From a virus (lineage: Duplodnaviria > Heunggongvirae > Uroviricota > Caudoviricetes): 35,721 bases of DNA. Below the pieces are notes generated by a model. It searched no databases and was not told the DNA's origin. It worked only from the letters and a program-made list of their open reading frames with translations. The position numbers and the translations under genes are program-made. Shown piece after piece: positions 27,362 to 35,721 of this stretch (its first letter is position 1; every line of letters starts with the position of its first letter). The stretch is taken from IMG/VR virus record IMGVR_UViG_2713896776_000006. One strand, 5' to 3'.

Positions 27362-27388
27362 GGCGGGCGAATTGCCCGCCTTTTCTTT
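27362..27388 (+). terminator. Terminator-like hairpin (ggcgggc-gaatt-gcccgcc-tttt) upstream of FI
   Basis: 7-bp GC stem with 5-nt loop and T-rich tail seen directly; would insulate the FI late promoter from cargo-island transcription. Confidence 0.4.
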
Positions 27389-27484
27389 ATCTGTTGTTTC
27401 ATCCACTGACCAGCCAGGTCAAATAGCGTCTCATGCTCTGCACAACAGAAAATAGTTGCACCCATTAACCACGGAGTTAAACGG

Positions 27485-28675
27485 ATGAGTGACTATCATC
27501 ACGGCGTGCAGGTGCTGGAGATTAACGACGGCACCCGCGTCATTTCCACCGTATCCACCGCCATTGTCGGCATGGTCTGCACGGCCAGCGATGCGGATGC
27601 GGAAACCTTCCCCCTCAATAAACCGGTGCTGATTACCAATGTGCAGAGCGCAATTGCAAAGGCCGGTAAAAAAGGCACGCTGGCGGCATCGTTGCAGGCC
27701 ATCGCTGACCAGTCAAAACCGGTCACCGTTGTCGTGCGCGTGGAAGACGGCACCGGCGACGACGAGGAAACGAAACTCGCGCAGACCGTTTCCAATATCA
27801 TCGGCACCACCGACGAAAACGGTCAGTACACCGGACTGAAAGCCCTGCTGGCGGCGGAGTCGGTAACCGGTGTTAAACCTCGCATTCTCGGCGTGCCGGG
27901 ACTGGACACCAAAGAGGTGGCGGTTGCACTGGCATCAGTCTGTCAGAAGCTGCGCGCTTTCGGGTATATCAGCGCATGGGGCTGTAAAACCATTTCCGAG
28001 GTGAAAGCTTACCGCCAGAATTTCAGCCAGCGTGAGCTGATGGTCATCTGGCCGGATTTCCTCGCATGGGATACGTTCACCAGTACCACTGCCACCGCGT
28101 ATGCCACCGCCCGTGCGCTGGGTCTGCGTGCCAAAATCGACCAGGAGCAGGGCTGGCATAAAACGCTGTCCAACGTCGGGGTGAACGGTGTTACCGGCAT
28201 CAGCGCATCTGTATTCTGGGATTTGCAGGAGTCCGGCACCGATGCTGACCTGTTGAACGAGTCAGGCGTCACTACGATTATTCGCCGCGACGGTTTCCGA
28301 TTCTGGGGTAACCGTACCTGCTCTGATGACCCGCTGTTCCTCTTTGAAAACTACACCCGCACCGCGCAGGTGCTGGCCGACACGATGGCTGAGGCGCACA
28401 TGTGGGCGGTGGACAAGCCCATCACCGCAACGCTGATTCGCGACATCGTTGACGGCATCAATGCCAAATTCCGTGAGCTGAAAACAAACGGCTATATCGT
28501 GGATGCGACCTGCTGGTTCAGCGAAGAATCCAACGATGCGGAAACCCTCAAGGCCGGAAAACTGTATATCGACTATGACTATACCCCGGTGCCTCCTCTC
28601 GAAAACCTGACCCTGCGCCAGCGTATTACTGATAAATACCTGGCAAATCTGGTCACCTCGGTTAACAGCAATTAA
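27485..28675 (+). CDS. FI: Contractile tail sheath protein
   Basis: 396-aa ORF; same length and order as P2 gpFI. Confidence 0.95.
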   Translation: MSDYHHGVQVLEINDGTRVISTVSTAIVGMVCTASDADAETFPLNKPVLITNVQSAIAKAGKKGTLAASLQAIADQSKPVTVVVRVEDGTGDDEETKLAQTVSNIIGTTDENGQYTGLKALLAAESVTGVKPRILGVPGLDTKEVAVALASVCQKLRAFGYISAWGCKTISEVKAYRQNFSQRELMVIWPDFLAWDTFTSTTATAYATARALGLRAKIDQEQGWHKTLSNVGVNGVTGISASVFWDLQESGTDADLLNESGVTTIIRRDGFRFWGNRTCSDDPLFLFENYTRTAQVLADTMAEAHMWAVDKPITATLIRDIVDGINAKFRELKTNGYIVDATCWFSEESNDAETLKAGKLYIDYDYTPVPPLENLTLRQRITDKYLANLVTSVNSN

Positions 28676-28687
28676 GGAGCCTGACCG

Positions 28688-29206
28688 ATGGCAATGCCGC
28701 GCAAACTCAAGTTAATGAACGTCTTTCTGAACGGCTACAGCTATCAGGGCGTTGCAAAGTCCGTCACGCTACCAAAACTGACCCGTAAGCTCGAAAACTA
28801 TCGCGGTGCGGGGATGAACGGCAGCGCACCGGTAGACCTCGGCCTTGATGACGATGCGCTGTCAATGGAGTGGTCGCTCGGTGGCTTCCCGGATTCGGTT
28901 ATCTGGGAGCTTTACGCCGCAACCGGTGTGGATGCCGTACCGATTCGTTTTGCAGGCTCTTACCAGCGCGACGATACCGGCGAAACGGTGGCCGTCGAGG
29001 TGGTCATGCGTGGACGTCAGAAAGAAATCGACACCGGCGAGGGCAAACAGGGAGAAGACACCGAGTCGAAAATCTCCGTGGTCTGCACCTATTTCCGGCT
29101 GACGATGGACGGTAAGGAGCTGGTCGAAATCGACACCATCAACATGATTGAGAAGGTGAACGGCGTCGACCGGCTGGAGCAACACCGCCGCAATATCGGC
29201 CTGTGA
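28688..29206 (+). CDS. FII: Tail tube protein
   Basis: 172-aa ORF; same length and order as P2 gpFII. Confidence 0.95.
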   Translation: MAMPRKLKLMNVFLNGYSYQGVAKSVTLPKLTRKLENYRGAGMNGSAPVDLGLDDDALSMEWSLGGFPDSVIWELYAATGVDAVPIRFAGSYQRDDTGETVAVEVVMRGRQKEIDTGEGKQGEDTESKISVVCTYFRLTMDGKELVEIDTINMIEKVNGVDRLEQHRRNIGL

Positions 29207-29262
29207 TTTTCATCCGGTCAGCCTGGCTGACCGGTTAACCCCGATTCAGAAGTGAGAAAACC

Positions 29263-29538
29263 ATGAACAAAGAAAATGTGATTACCCTGGACAATCCGGT
29301 CAAGCGTGGTGAGCAGGTTATCGAACAGGTCACGCTGATGAAACCTAATGCCGGGACGCTGCGCGGTGTCAGTCTGGCTGCGGTCGCAAACTCCGAAGTC
29401 GATGCACTGATTAAAGTGCTGCCGCGCATGACGGCACCGATGCTGACCGAGCAGGAGGTCGCCGCACTGGAACTGCCTGACCTTGTGGCGCTGGCCGGTA
29501 AGGTGGTCGGTTTTTTGTCGCCGAACTCGGTGCAGTGA
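29263..29538 (+). CDS. E: Tail assembly chaperone E
   Basis: 91-aa ORF between FII and T; P2 length. Confidence 0.85.
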   Translation: MNKENVITLDNPVKRGEQVIEQVTLMKPNAGTLRGVSLAAVANSEVDALIKVLPRMTAPMLTEQEVAALELPDLVALAGKVVGFLSPNSVQ

Positions 29539-29690
29539 CGTTCCCGAAAAATCTCTCGGTCGATGACCTGATGGCGGATGTGGCAGTGATATTTCACTGG
29601 CCGCCATCAGAACTGTATCCCATGAGCCTGACCGAACTCATCACATGGCGCGAAAAGGCGCTCCGGCGAAGCGGAAACACGAATGAGTAA
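29263..29690 (+). CDS. Tail assembly chaperone E+E' (predicted -1 programmed frameshift product)
   Basis: TTTTTTG heptamer at 29511..29517 near the end of E; the -1 frame stays open to a TAA at 29688..29690 overlapping the T start, giving about 142 aa as in P2 E+E'. Confidence 0.6.
29511..29517 (+). promoter_or_regulatory. Slippery heptamer TTTTTTG (candidate -1 ribosomal frameshift site)
   Basis: Seen directly; conserved mechanism for tail chaperone pairs (P2 E/E+E', lambda G/GT). Confidence 0.6.
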
Positions 29691-32130
29691 CAATGTAAAA
29701 TTACAGGTATTGCTCAGGGCTGTTGACCAGGCATCCCGCCCGTTTAAATCCATCCGCACAGCGAGTAAGTCGCTGTCGGGGGATATCCGGGAAACACAAA
29801 AATCACTGCGCGAGCTGAACGGTCAGGCATCCCGTATTGAGGGGTTTCGCAAGACCAGTGCACAGCTCGCCGTGACTGGTCATGCACTTGAAAAGGCACG
29901 GCAGGAGGCTGAAGCACTTGCCACACAGTTTAAAAACACTGAACGTCCGACCCGTGCTCAGGCGAAAGTGCTGGAATCCGCAAAGCGTGCGGCGGAGGAC
30001 TTACAGGCGAAATATAACCGCCTGACGGATTCCGTTAAACGCCAGCAGCGGGAACTGGCCGCTGTGGGAATTAATACCCGCAATCTTGCACATGATGAGC
30101 AGGGGCTGAAAAACCGTATCAGTGAAACCACCGCACAGCTTAACCGGCAGCGTGACGCGCTGGCGCGTGTCAGTGCACAACAGGCAAAACTTAACGCAGT
30201 CAAACAGCGTTATCAGGCAGGAAAAGAACTTGCCGGAAATATGGCCTCAGTGGGCGCTGCCGGTGTGGGGATTGCGGCGGCGGGAACGATGGCCGGAGTT
30301 AAGCTGCTGATGCCCGGTTATGAGTTTGCGCAGAAAAACTCAGAATTGCAGGCCGTGCTCGGTGTGGCAAAAGATTCCGCCGAAATGGCCGCGCTCCGCA
30401 AACAGGCGCGCCAGCTCGGCGACAATACTGCCGCCTCGGCGGATGATGCTGCCGGTGCGCAGATTATCATTGCGAAAGCCGGTGGGGATGTTGATGCCAT
30501 TCAGGCGGCAACGCCGGTCACGCTGAATATGGCGCTGGCGAACCGCCGCACGATGGAAGAAAACGCCGCCCTGCTGATGGGGATGAAATCCGCCTTTCAG
30601 CTTTCAAACGATAAGGTCGCTCATATCGGGGATGTTCTCTCCATGACGATGAACAAAACCGCCGCCGATTTTGACGGTATGAGCGATGCGCTGACCTATG
30701 CCGCACCAGTGGCAAAAAATGCCGGTGTCAGCATTGAAGAAACCGCCGCAATGGTCGGGGCGCTGCATGACGCAAAAATTACCGGTTCAATGGCGGGGAC
30801 GGGAAGCCGTGCCGTGTTAAGCCGCCTGCAGGCACCGACGGGAAAAGCATGGGATGCACTGAAAGAGCTTGGTGTGAAAACCTCAGACAGCAAGGGAAAC
30901 ACCCGACCAGTATTTACCATTCTGAAAGAAATGCAGGCCAGTTTTGAGAAAAACCGGCTCGGTACTGCCCAGCAGGCTGAATACATGAAAACCATTTTCG
31001 GGGAGGAGGCCAGCTCAGCCGCCGCTGTGCTGATGACTGCCGCCTCAACCGGAAAGCTGGACAAACTGACCGCTGCGTTTAAAGCCTCAGACGGGAAGAC
31101 CGCAGAGCTGGTAAATATCATGCAGGACAACCTCGGCGGTGACTTTAAGGAGTTTCAGTCCGCTTATGAGGCGGTGGGGACTGACCTGTTTGACCAGCAG
31201 GAAGGCGCACTGCGTAAGCTCACGCAGACGGCCACAAAGTATGTGTTAAAACTCGACGGCTGGATCCAGAAAAACAAATCACTGGCGTCAACCATTGGCC
31301 TCATTGCCGGTGGCGCGCTGGCACTTACTGGCATCATCGGTGCCATTGGTCTTGTAGCCTGGCCGGTTATCACCGGCATCAATGCCATCATCGCGGCAGC
31401 AGGCGCAATGGGGGCAATCTTCACGACGGTTGGCAGTGCTGTTATGACGGCCATCGGGGCGATTAGCTGGCCGGTTGTGGCCGTGGTGGCCGCCATTGTC
31501 GCCGGGGCGTTGCTTATCCGTAAATACTGGGAGCCTGTCAGCGCATTCTTTGGCGGTGTGGTGGAAGGGCTGAAAGCGGCATTTGCGCCGGTGGGGGAAC
31601 TGTTCACGCCACTTAAACCGGTGTTTGACTGGCTGGGTGAAAAGTTACAGGCCGCGTGGCAGTGGTTTAAAAACCTGATTGCCCCGGTCAAAGCCACCCA
31701 GGACACCCTGAATCGTTGCCGTGACACGGGCGTCATGTTCGGGCAGGCACTGGCTGACGCGTTGATGCTGCCGCTTAGTGCGTTCAACAAACTGCGCAGT
31801 GGTATTGACTGGGTACTGGAAAAACTCGGTGTTATCAACAAAGAGTCTGACGCACTTGACCAGACTGCCGCCAGAACTCATGCCGCCACGTATGGCACCG
31901 GTGGTTATATTCCGGCGACCAGCTCTTATGCAGGCTATCAGGCTTATCAGCCGGTTACGGCACCGGCTGGCCGCTCTTATGTGGACCAGAGTAAAAACGA
32001 ATATCACATCAGTCTGACGGGCGGTACTGCGCCGGGGACTCAGCTCGACCGCCAGTTACAGGATGCGCTCGAAAAATACGAGCGGGATAAACGTGCGCGC
32101 GCCCGTGCCAGCATGATGCATGACGGTTAA
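29683..32130 (+). CDS. T: Tail tape measure protein
   Basis: 815-aa ORF, coiled-coil N-terminus and Gly/Ala-rich hydrophobic middle; P2 length. Confidence 0.92.
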   Translation: MSNNVKLQVLLRAVDQASRPFKSIRTASKSLSGDIRETQKSLRELNGQASRIEGFRKTSAQLAVTGHALEKARQEAEALATQFKNTERPTRAQAKVLESAKRAAEDLQAKYNRLTDSVKRQQRELAAVGINTRNLAHDEQGLKNRISETTAQLNRQRDALARVSAQQAKLNAVKQRYQAGKELAGNMASVGAAGVGIAAAGTMAGVKLLMPGYEFAQKNSELQAVLGVAKDSAEMAALRKQARQLGDNTAASADDAAGAQIIIAKAGGDVDAIQAATPVTLNMALANRRTMEENAALLMGMKSAFQLSNDKVAHIGDVLSMTMNKTAADFDGMSDALTYAAPVAKNAGVSIEETAAMVGALHDAKITGSMAGTGSRAVLSRLQAPTGKAWDALKELGVKTSDSKGNTRPVFTILKEMQASFEKNRLGTAQQAEYMKTIFGEEASSAAAVLMTAASTGKLDKLTAAFKASDGKTAELVNIMQDNLGGDFKEFQSAYEAVGTDLFDQQEGALRKLTQTATKYVLKLDGWIQKNKSLASTIGLIAGGALALTGIIGAIGLVAWPVITGINAIIAAAGAMGAIFTTVGSAVMTAIGAISWPVVAVVAAIVAGALLIRKYWEPVSAFFGGVVEGLKAAFAPVGELFTPLKPVFDWLGEKLQAAWQWFKNLIAPVKATQDTLNRCRDTGVMFGQALADALMLPLSAFNKLRSGIDWVLEKLGVINKESDALDQTAARTHAATYGTGGYIPATSSYAGYQAYQPVTAPAGRSYVDQSKNEYHISLTGGTAPGTQLDRQLQDALEKYERDKRARARASMMHDG

Positions 32131-32144
32131 GGAGGTGACGAAAA

Positions 32145-32624
32145 ATGATGCTCGCGTTAGGTATGTTTGTTTTTATGCGCCAGACGCTGCCACACCAGAC
32201 CATGCAGCGCGAATCAGATTATCGCTGGCCGTCAAATTCCCGTATCGGTAAACGGGATGCCTTTCAGTTTCTCGGTGTGGGTGAGGAAAACATGACGCTT
32301 GCCGGCGTGCTTTATCCCGAACTGACCGGCGGGAAGCTGACGATGACCACGCTCAGGCTGATGGCAGAGGAAGGCCGGGCGTGGCCGTTGCTGGATGGCA
32401 CCGGCATGATTTACGGCATGTATGTCATCAGCAGGGTGAGTGAAACAGGGAGTATTTTCTTTGCAGACGGCACACCCCGGAAAATTGATTTTACGCTGTC
32501 GCTCACCCGCGTTGATGAATCACTGGCCGCGCTTTATGGCGATATCGGTAAACAGGCGGAATCGCTCATCGGTAAGGCTAGCAGTATGGCGACCAGATTC
32601 ACGGGTATGACGGGGGCGGGATAA
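32145..32624 (+). CDS. U: Tail protein U
   Basis: 159-aa ORF; P2 length and order. Confidence 0.9.
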   Translation: MMLALGMFVFMRQTLPHQTMQRESDYRWPSNSRIGKRDAFQFLGVGEENMTLAGVLYPELTGGKLTMTTLRLMAEEGRAWPLLDGTGMIYGMYVISRVSETGSIFFADGTPRKIDFTLSLTRVDESLAALYGDIGKQAESLIGKASSMATRFTGMTGAG

Positions 32625-33787
32625 TGCTGGATGCGCTGACATTTGATGCAGGCAGTACGCTGACGCCGGATTACATGCTGATGCTCGACAGCAGGGATAT
32701 TACCGGCAATATCAGTGACCGTCTGATGAGCATGACCCTGACGGATAACCGGGGCTTTGAGGCTGACCAGCTTGATATTGAACTGAACGATGCCGACGGG
32801 CAGGTCGGGCTGCCGGTTCGTGGCGCTGTCCTGACGGTGTATATCGGCTGGAAAGGTTTTGCCCTGGTATGCAAGGGGAAATTCACCGTTGATGAGGTTG
32901 AACACCGGGGCGCACCGGATGTGGTCACCATCCGCGCCCGGAGTGCAGATTTTCGTGGCACGCTCAATTCCCGCCGGGAAGGCTCCTGGCATGACACCAC
33001 GCTCGGTGCGATTGTTGAGGCGATTGCCTCCCGTAACAGGCTGGAAGCCAGTGTCGCTCCGTCACTGGCCGGAATTAAAATCCCGCACATCGACCAGTCG
33101 CAGGAGTCTGATGCGAAATTCCTGACCCGTCTTGCTGAACGCAACGGCGGTGAGGTGTCGGTAAAAATGGGAAAACTGCTGTTTCTCAAAGCGGGGCAGG
33201 GGGTGACGGCCAGCGGTAAAAAAATCCCGCAGATTACCATCACCCGCAGCGACGGCGACCGTCATCATTTTGCGATTGCTGACCGTGGAGCCTACACAGG
33301 CGTAACGGCAAAGTGGTTACACACCAAAGACCCGAAGCCACAAAAGCAGAAGGTAAAACTGAAACGCAAAAAGAAAGAGAAACACCTGCGCGCACTGGAG
33401 CACCCGAAAGCGAAACCGGTCACGCAGAAGAAAGCGCCAAAAGTACCGGAAGCGCGCGAAGGTGAATACATGGCCGGTGAGGCTGACAACGTTTTTGCCC
33501 TGACCACGGTATATGCCACGAAAGCGCAGGCCATGCGCGCCGCTCAGGCGAAGTGGGATAAACTGCAACGGGGCGTTGCGGAGTTCTCCATCAGCCTGGC
33601 TACCGGTCGTGCAGATATTTACACGGAAACACCGGTCAAAGTGTCAGGCTTTAAGCGCGTCATAGACGAGCAGGACTGGACAATCACTAAGGTGACACAT
33701 TTTCTGAATAATAGCGGCTTCACGACGTCCCTGGAGCTTGAGGTCAGGCTTTCTGATGTGGAGTACGAAACAGAAGATGACGAGTGA
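32624..33787 (+). CDS. D: Tail protein D (late gene control / tail assembly)
   Basis: 387-aa ORF; P2 length and order. Confidence 0.9.
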   Translation: MLDALTFDAGSTLTPDYMLMLDSRDITGNISDRLMSMTLTDNRGFEADQLDIELNDADGQVGLPVRGAVLTVYIGWKGFALVCKGKFTVDEVEHRGAPDVVTIRARSADFRGTLNSRREGSWHDTTLGAIVEAIASRNRLEASVAPSLAGIKIPHIDQSQESDAKFLTRLAERNGGEVSVKMGKLLFLKAGQGVTASGKKIPQITITRSDGDRHHFAIADRGAYTGVTAKWLHTKDPKPQKQKVKLKRKKKEKHLRALEHPKAKPVTQKKAPKVPEAREGEYMAGEADNVFALTTVYATKAQAMRAAQAKWDKLQRGVAEFSISLATGRADIYTETPVKVSGFKRVIDEQDWTITKVTHFLNNSGFTTSLELEVRLSDVEYETEDDE

Positions 33788-33868
33788 TGTTTTTATTTTA
33801 TCTATTTGTTTTATAAGGATAAATTAACTAAAATGGCACCATCAACAAAACCGGAAGAGGTGCTCGCG

Positions 33869-34087
33869 ATGTTTCATTGTCCTTTATGCCAGCATGCCGC
33901 ACATGCGCGTACAAGCCGCTATATCACTGACACGACAAAAGAGCGTTATCACCAGTGTCAGAACGTGAATTGCAGTGCCACGTTCATCACTTATGAGTCG
34001 GTACAGCGATACATCGTGAAGCCGGGAGAAGTCCACGCCGTAAGGCCGCACCCGTTGCCATCAGGGCAGCAAATTATGTGGATGTAA
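33869..34087 (+). CDS. ogr: Ogr zinc-finger late transcription activator
   Basis: 72 aa from MFHCPLCQHAAHARTSRYITDTTKERYHQCQNVNCSATF (CxxC...CxxxxC zinc finger), GAGG SD; last phage gene before attR as in P2. Confidence 0.9.
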   Translation: MFHCPLCQHAAHARTSRYITDTTKERYHQCQNVNCSATFITYESVQRYIVKPGEVHAVRPHPLPSGQQIMWM

Positions 34088-34097
34088 TTACAAACAG

Positions 34098-34125
34098 AAA
34101 GCCCCTCAGTCGAGGGGCTTTTTTG
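34098..34125 (+). terminator. Rho-independent terminator after ogr
   Basis: gcccctc-agtc-gaggggc followed by tttttt, seen directly. Confidence 0.7.
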
Positions 34126-34188
34126 TCGATGTGGTCAATGTGTGGACGTGACCAGAAATAAATCCTTTTATTTCAATTTGTTGTACGT

Positions 34189-34215
34189 AAAAAATAAGCC
34201 CGTGTAAGGGAGATT
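34189..34215. repeat. attR core: 27-bp direct repeat identical to 478..504
   Basis: Exact identity with the left copy; overlaps the 3' terminator of the sRNA gene on the minus strand. Confidence 0.8.
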
Positions 34216-34275
34216 ACACAGGCTAAGGAGGTGGTTCCTGGTACAGCTAGCATTTTATGGGTTATGTTTTTCAGC
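34189..34275 (-). ncRNA. cyaR: CyaR (RyeE) Hfq-dependent sRNA
   Basis: Reverse complement reads gctgaaaaacataacccataaaatgctagctgtaccaggaaccacctccttagcctgtgtaatctcccttacacgggcttatttttt, which matches my recollection of E. coli CyaR, including the terminal hairpin and U-tract. It lies between yegQ and P2-like prophage DNA as in E. coli K-12. Recollection only, not alignment-verified. Confidence 0.6.
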
Positions 34276-34359
34276 GAAACGGATGATAACCTTAATAAAT
34301 GCAGCTGTATGTGATCGGTTTCTAAGAATTTTCCATCCGGGAAAAATAATCGAAATTAA

Positions 34360-35721
34360 TCACTTACCGTGTGGGTTACGCGTGGTTTCCCCGGAGAAAT
34401 TACGCATCAGCAGAGCGTAATTGAGCTCAAGATCCTGCGGGACCGGGAGCCACACAGTATAACCATCGCCTGGTGCGACCGGCATCGCTTCACCTTTGGC
34501 GTTTTCCATGTGCTCAAGGGTAAAGTTAATGTTGCCTTGCGGCGTCATCAGCTCAAGGCTGTCGCCAACGGAGAATTTATTTTTCACCGCTACCGCCGCG
34601 AGGTCCCCCTTGCGCTCACCGGTAAACTCACCAACAAACTGCTGGCGGTCAGAAACTGAATAACCGTATTCGTAGTTCTGATAATCGTCGTGAGTATGAC
34701 GACGCAGGAAACCTTCGGTATAGCCACGATGCGCCAGACCTTCCAGAGTTTCCAGCAGGCTGGTATCGAACGGTTTGCCCGCAGCGGCGTCATCGATAGC
34801 TTTACGGTAAACCTGTGCGGTGCGTGCGCAATAGTAGAAAGATTTAGTACGGCCTTCGATTTTCAGCGAATGCACGCCCATTTTGGTCAGGCGTTCTACA
34901 TGGGCGATGGCGCGCAGATCTTTCGAGTTCATGATGTAAGTGCCGTGCTCATCTTCAAACGCGGTCATATACTCGCCCGGACGCTGGGCTTCTTCGATCA
35001 TAAACACTTTGTCGGTTGGCGCGCCGATACCCAGCGTCGGCTCAACATTTTGCACCGGAATCGGCTCGTACTTGTGTACGATGTTGCCAACGTCATCTTC
35101 TTTCCCTTCCTGGACGTTGTACTCCCAGCGGCAGGCGTTGGTGCAGGTACCCTGGTTCGGATCGCGCTTGTTGATATAGCCAGAGAGCAGGCAGCGACCG
35201 GAGTAGGCCATGCACAGTGCGCCGTGAACGAAGATCTCGATCTCCATATCCGGCACCTGATTGCGGATCTCTTCAATCTCTTCCAGCGACAGCTCGCGAG
35301 AGAGGATCACGCGGGTCAGGCCCATTTGCTGCCAGAATTTCACCGTCGCCCAGTTTACGGCGTTAGCCTGCACCGAGAGGTGGATCGGCATTTCAGGGAA
35401 GTGCTCACGCACCAGCATAATCAGCCCTGGATCGGACATAATCAGCGCATCCGGCCCCATTTCCACCACCGGTTTCAGGTCACGGATAAAGGTTTTCAGC
35501 TTGGCGTTGTGCGGTGCAATGTTGACCACGACATAAAACTTTTTCCCCAGCGCGTGGGCTTCATTGATGCCGAGCTGAAGATTTTCGTGGTTGAATTCGT
35601 TGTTGCGCACACGCAGGGAGTAACGCGGCTGGCCCGCATAAACAGCATCTGCGCCATAAGCGAAAGCGTAACGCATATTTTTCAGCGTTCCCGCCGGGGA
35701 AAGGAGTTCCGGTTTAAACAT
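34360..35721 (-). CDS. yegQ: Peptidase U32-family protein YegQ (tRNA U34 hydroxylation, TrhP)
   Basis: 453-aa ORF, complete with its start at the window edge; sequence (MFKPELLSPAGTLKNMRYAFAYGADAVYAGQPRY...) recognised as E. coli YegQ; host gene outside the prophage. Confidence 0.88.
   Translation of the reverse strand: MFKPELLSPAGTLKNMRYAFAYGADAVYAGQPRYSLRVRNNEFNHENLQLGINEAHALGKKFYVVVNIAPHNAKLKTFIRDLKPVVEMGPDALIMSDPGLIMLVREHFPEMPIHLSVQANAVNWATVKFWQQMGLTRVILSRELSLEEIEEIRNQVPDMEIEIFVHGALCMAYSGRCLLSGYINKRDPNQGTCTNACRWEYNVQEGKEDDVGNIVHKYEPIPVQNVEPTLGIGAPTDKVFMIEEAQRPGEYMTAFEDEHGTYIMNSKDLRAIAHVERLTKMGVHSLKIEGRTKSFYYCARTAQVYRKAIDDAAAGKPFDTSLLETLEGLAHRGYTEGFLRRHTHDDYQNYEYGYSVSDRQQFVGEFTGERKGDLAAVAVKNKFSVGDSLELMTPQGNINFTLEHMENAKGEAMPVAPGDGYTVWLPVPQDLELNYALLMRNFSGETTRNPHGK

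Larger units (their letters stand above)
478..34215. mobile_element. Complete P2-like prophage (Peduovirus-type myovirus) bounded by attL/attR
   Basis: Synteny and protein lengths match P2 (Int 337, C 99, Cox 91, B 166, Q 344, P 590, O 284, N 357, M 247, L 169, X 67, Y 93, K 165, V 211, W 115, J 302, I 176, G 175, FI 396, FII 172, E 91, T 815, U 159, D 387, Ogr 72 aa); flanked by 27-bp direct repeats. Confidence 0.92.

Noticed and set aside
27137-27406. 89-aa minus-strand ORF at the right edge of cargo island 2
   Set aside because: Would need a GTG start with no SD, and it overlaps the terminator-like hairpin (27362..27388) and the FI upstream region; likely spurious.
29744-32007. Several ORFs antisense or out of frame within the tape measure gene T (for example 30696..31130, 31164..31841)
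   Set aside because: Inside an 815-aa conserved gene; the Ala/Gly-rich codon composition keeps other frames open.
32671-33568. Antisense ORFs within D (32671..33243, 33292..33534, 33317..33568)
   Set aside because: Overlap the conserved D gene; no start signals.
1-35721. CRISPR arrays, tRNA/rRNA genes, IS elements or transposase genes
   Set aside because: No regularly spaced short repeats, no tRNA-like cloverleaf candidates and no transposase-like ORFs or terminal inverted repeats were found by inspection; the only mobile element is the prophage itself.

Overview
The window is a complete P2-like temperate myovirus prophage (about 33.7 kb, 478..34215) integrated in an Enterobacteriaceae chromosome at the 3' end of the CyaR sRNA gene, next to yegQ. 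It is bounded by a 27-bp direct repeat (attL 478..504, attR 34189..34215). Gene order and protein lengths follow phage P2 almost gene for gene: int, C, cox, B, A, cos, then Q/P on the minus strand, O-N-M-L-X-Y-K-lysABC-R-S-V-W-J-I-H-G, FI-FII-E/E'-T-U-D-ogr. Two AT-rich cargo islands interrupt this backbone at the two variable P2 loci. Island 1 lies between A and Q, where P2 carries tin/old. Here tin/old are absent, and a single ~824-aa ORF (7500..9974) sits just after the cos-like sequence; its N-terminus carries SIR2-like NADase motifs (GAGxS, TTNYD, HxxGS, GYS) and its middle a P-loop NTPase (GNGKT Walker A, hhhhD Walker B), followed by a helical C-terminus. I read this as a candidate single-gene anti-phage (abortive-infection type) defence protein and the most likely novel system in the window. 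Island 2 lies between G and FI (the P2 Z/fun position, 24507..27484) and holds three ORFs of unknown function; the 150-aa one has an RNNLFH (Rx4-6H, HEPN-like) motif. Other points: a terminator-flanked 37-aa minus-strand ORF between A and cos, a roughly 3.7-copy 132-nt tandem repeat inside tail-fibre gene H, and a diverged P-arm-like fragment left of attL that suggests an older P2-like integration at the same site. All calls come from reading the sequence and recalled P2 biology; no database search was run.
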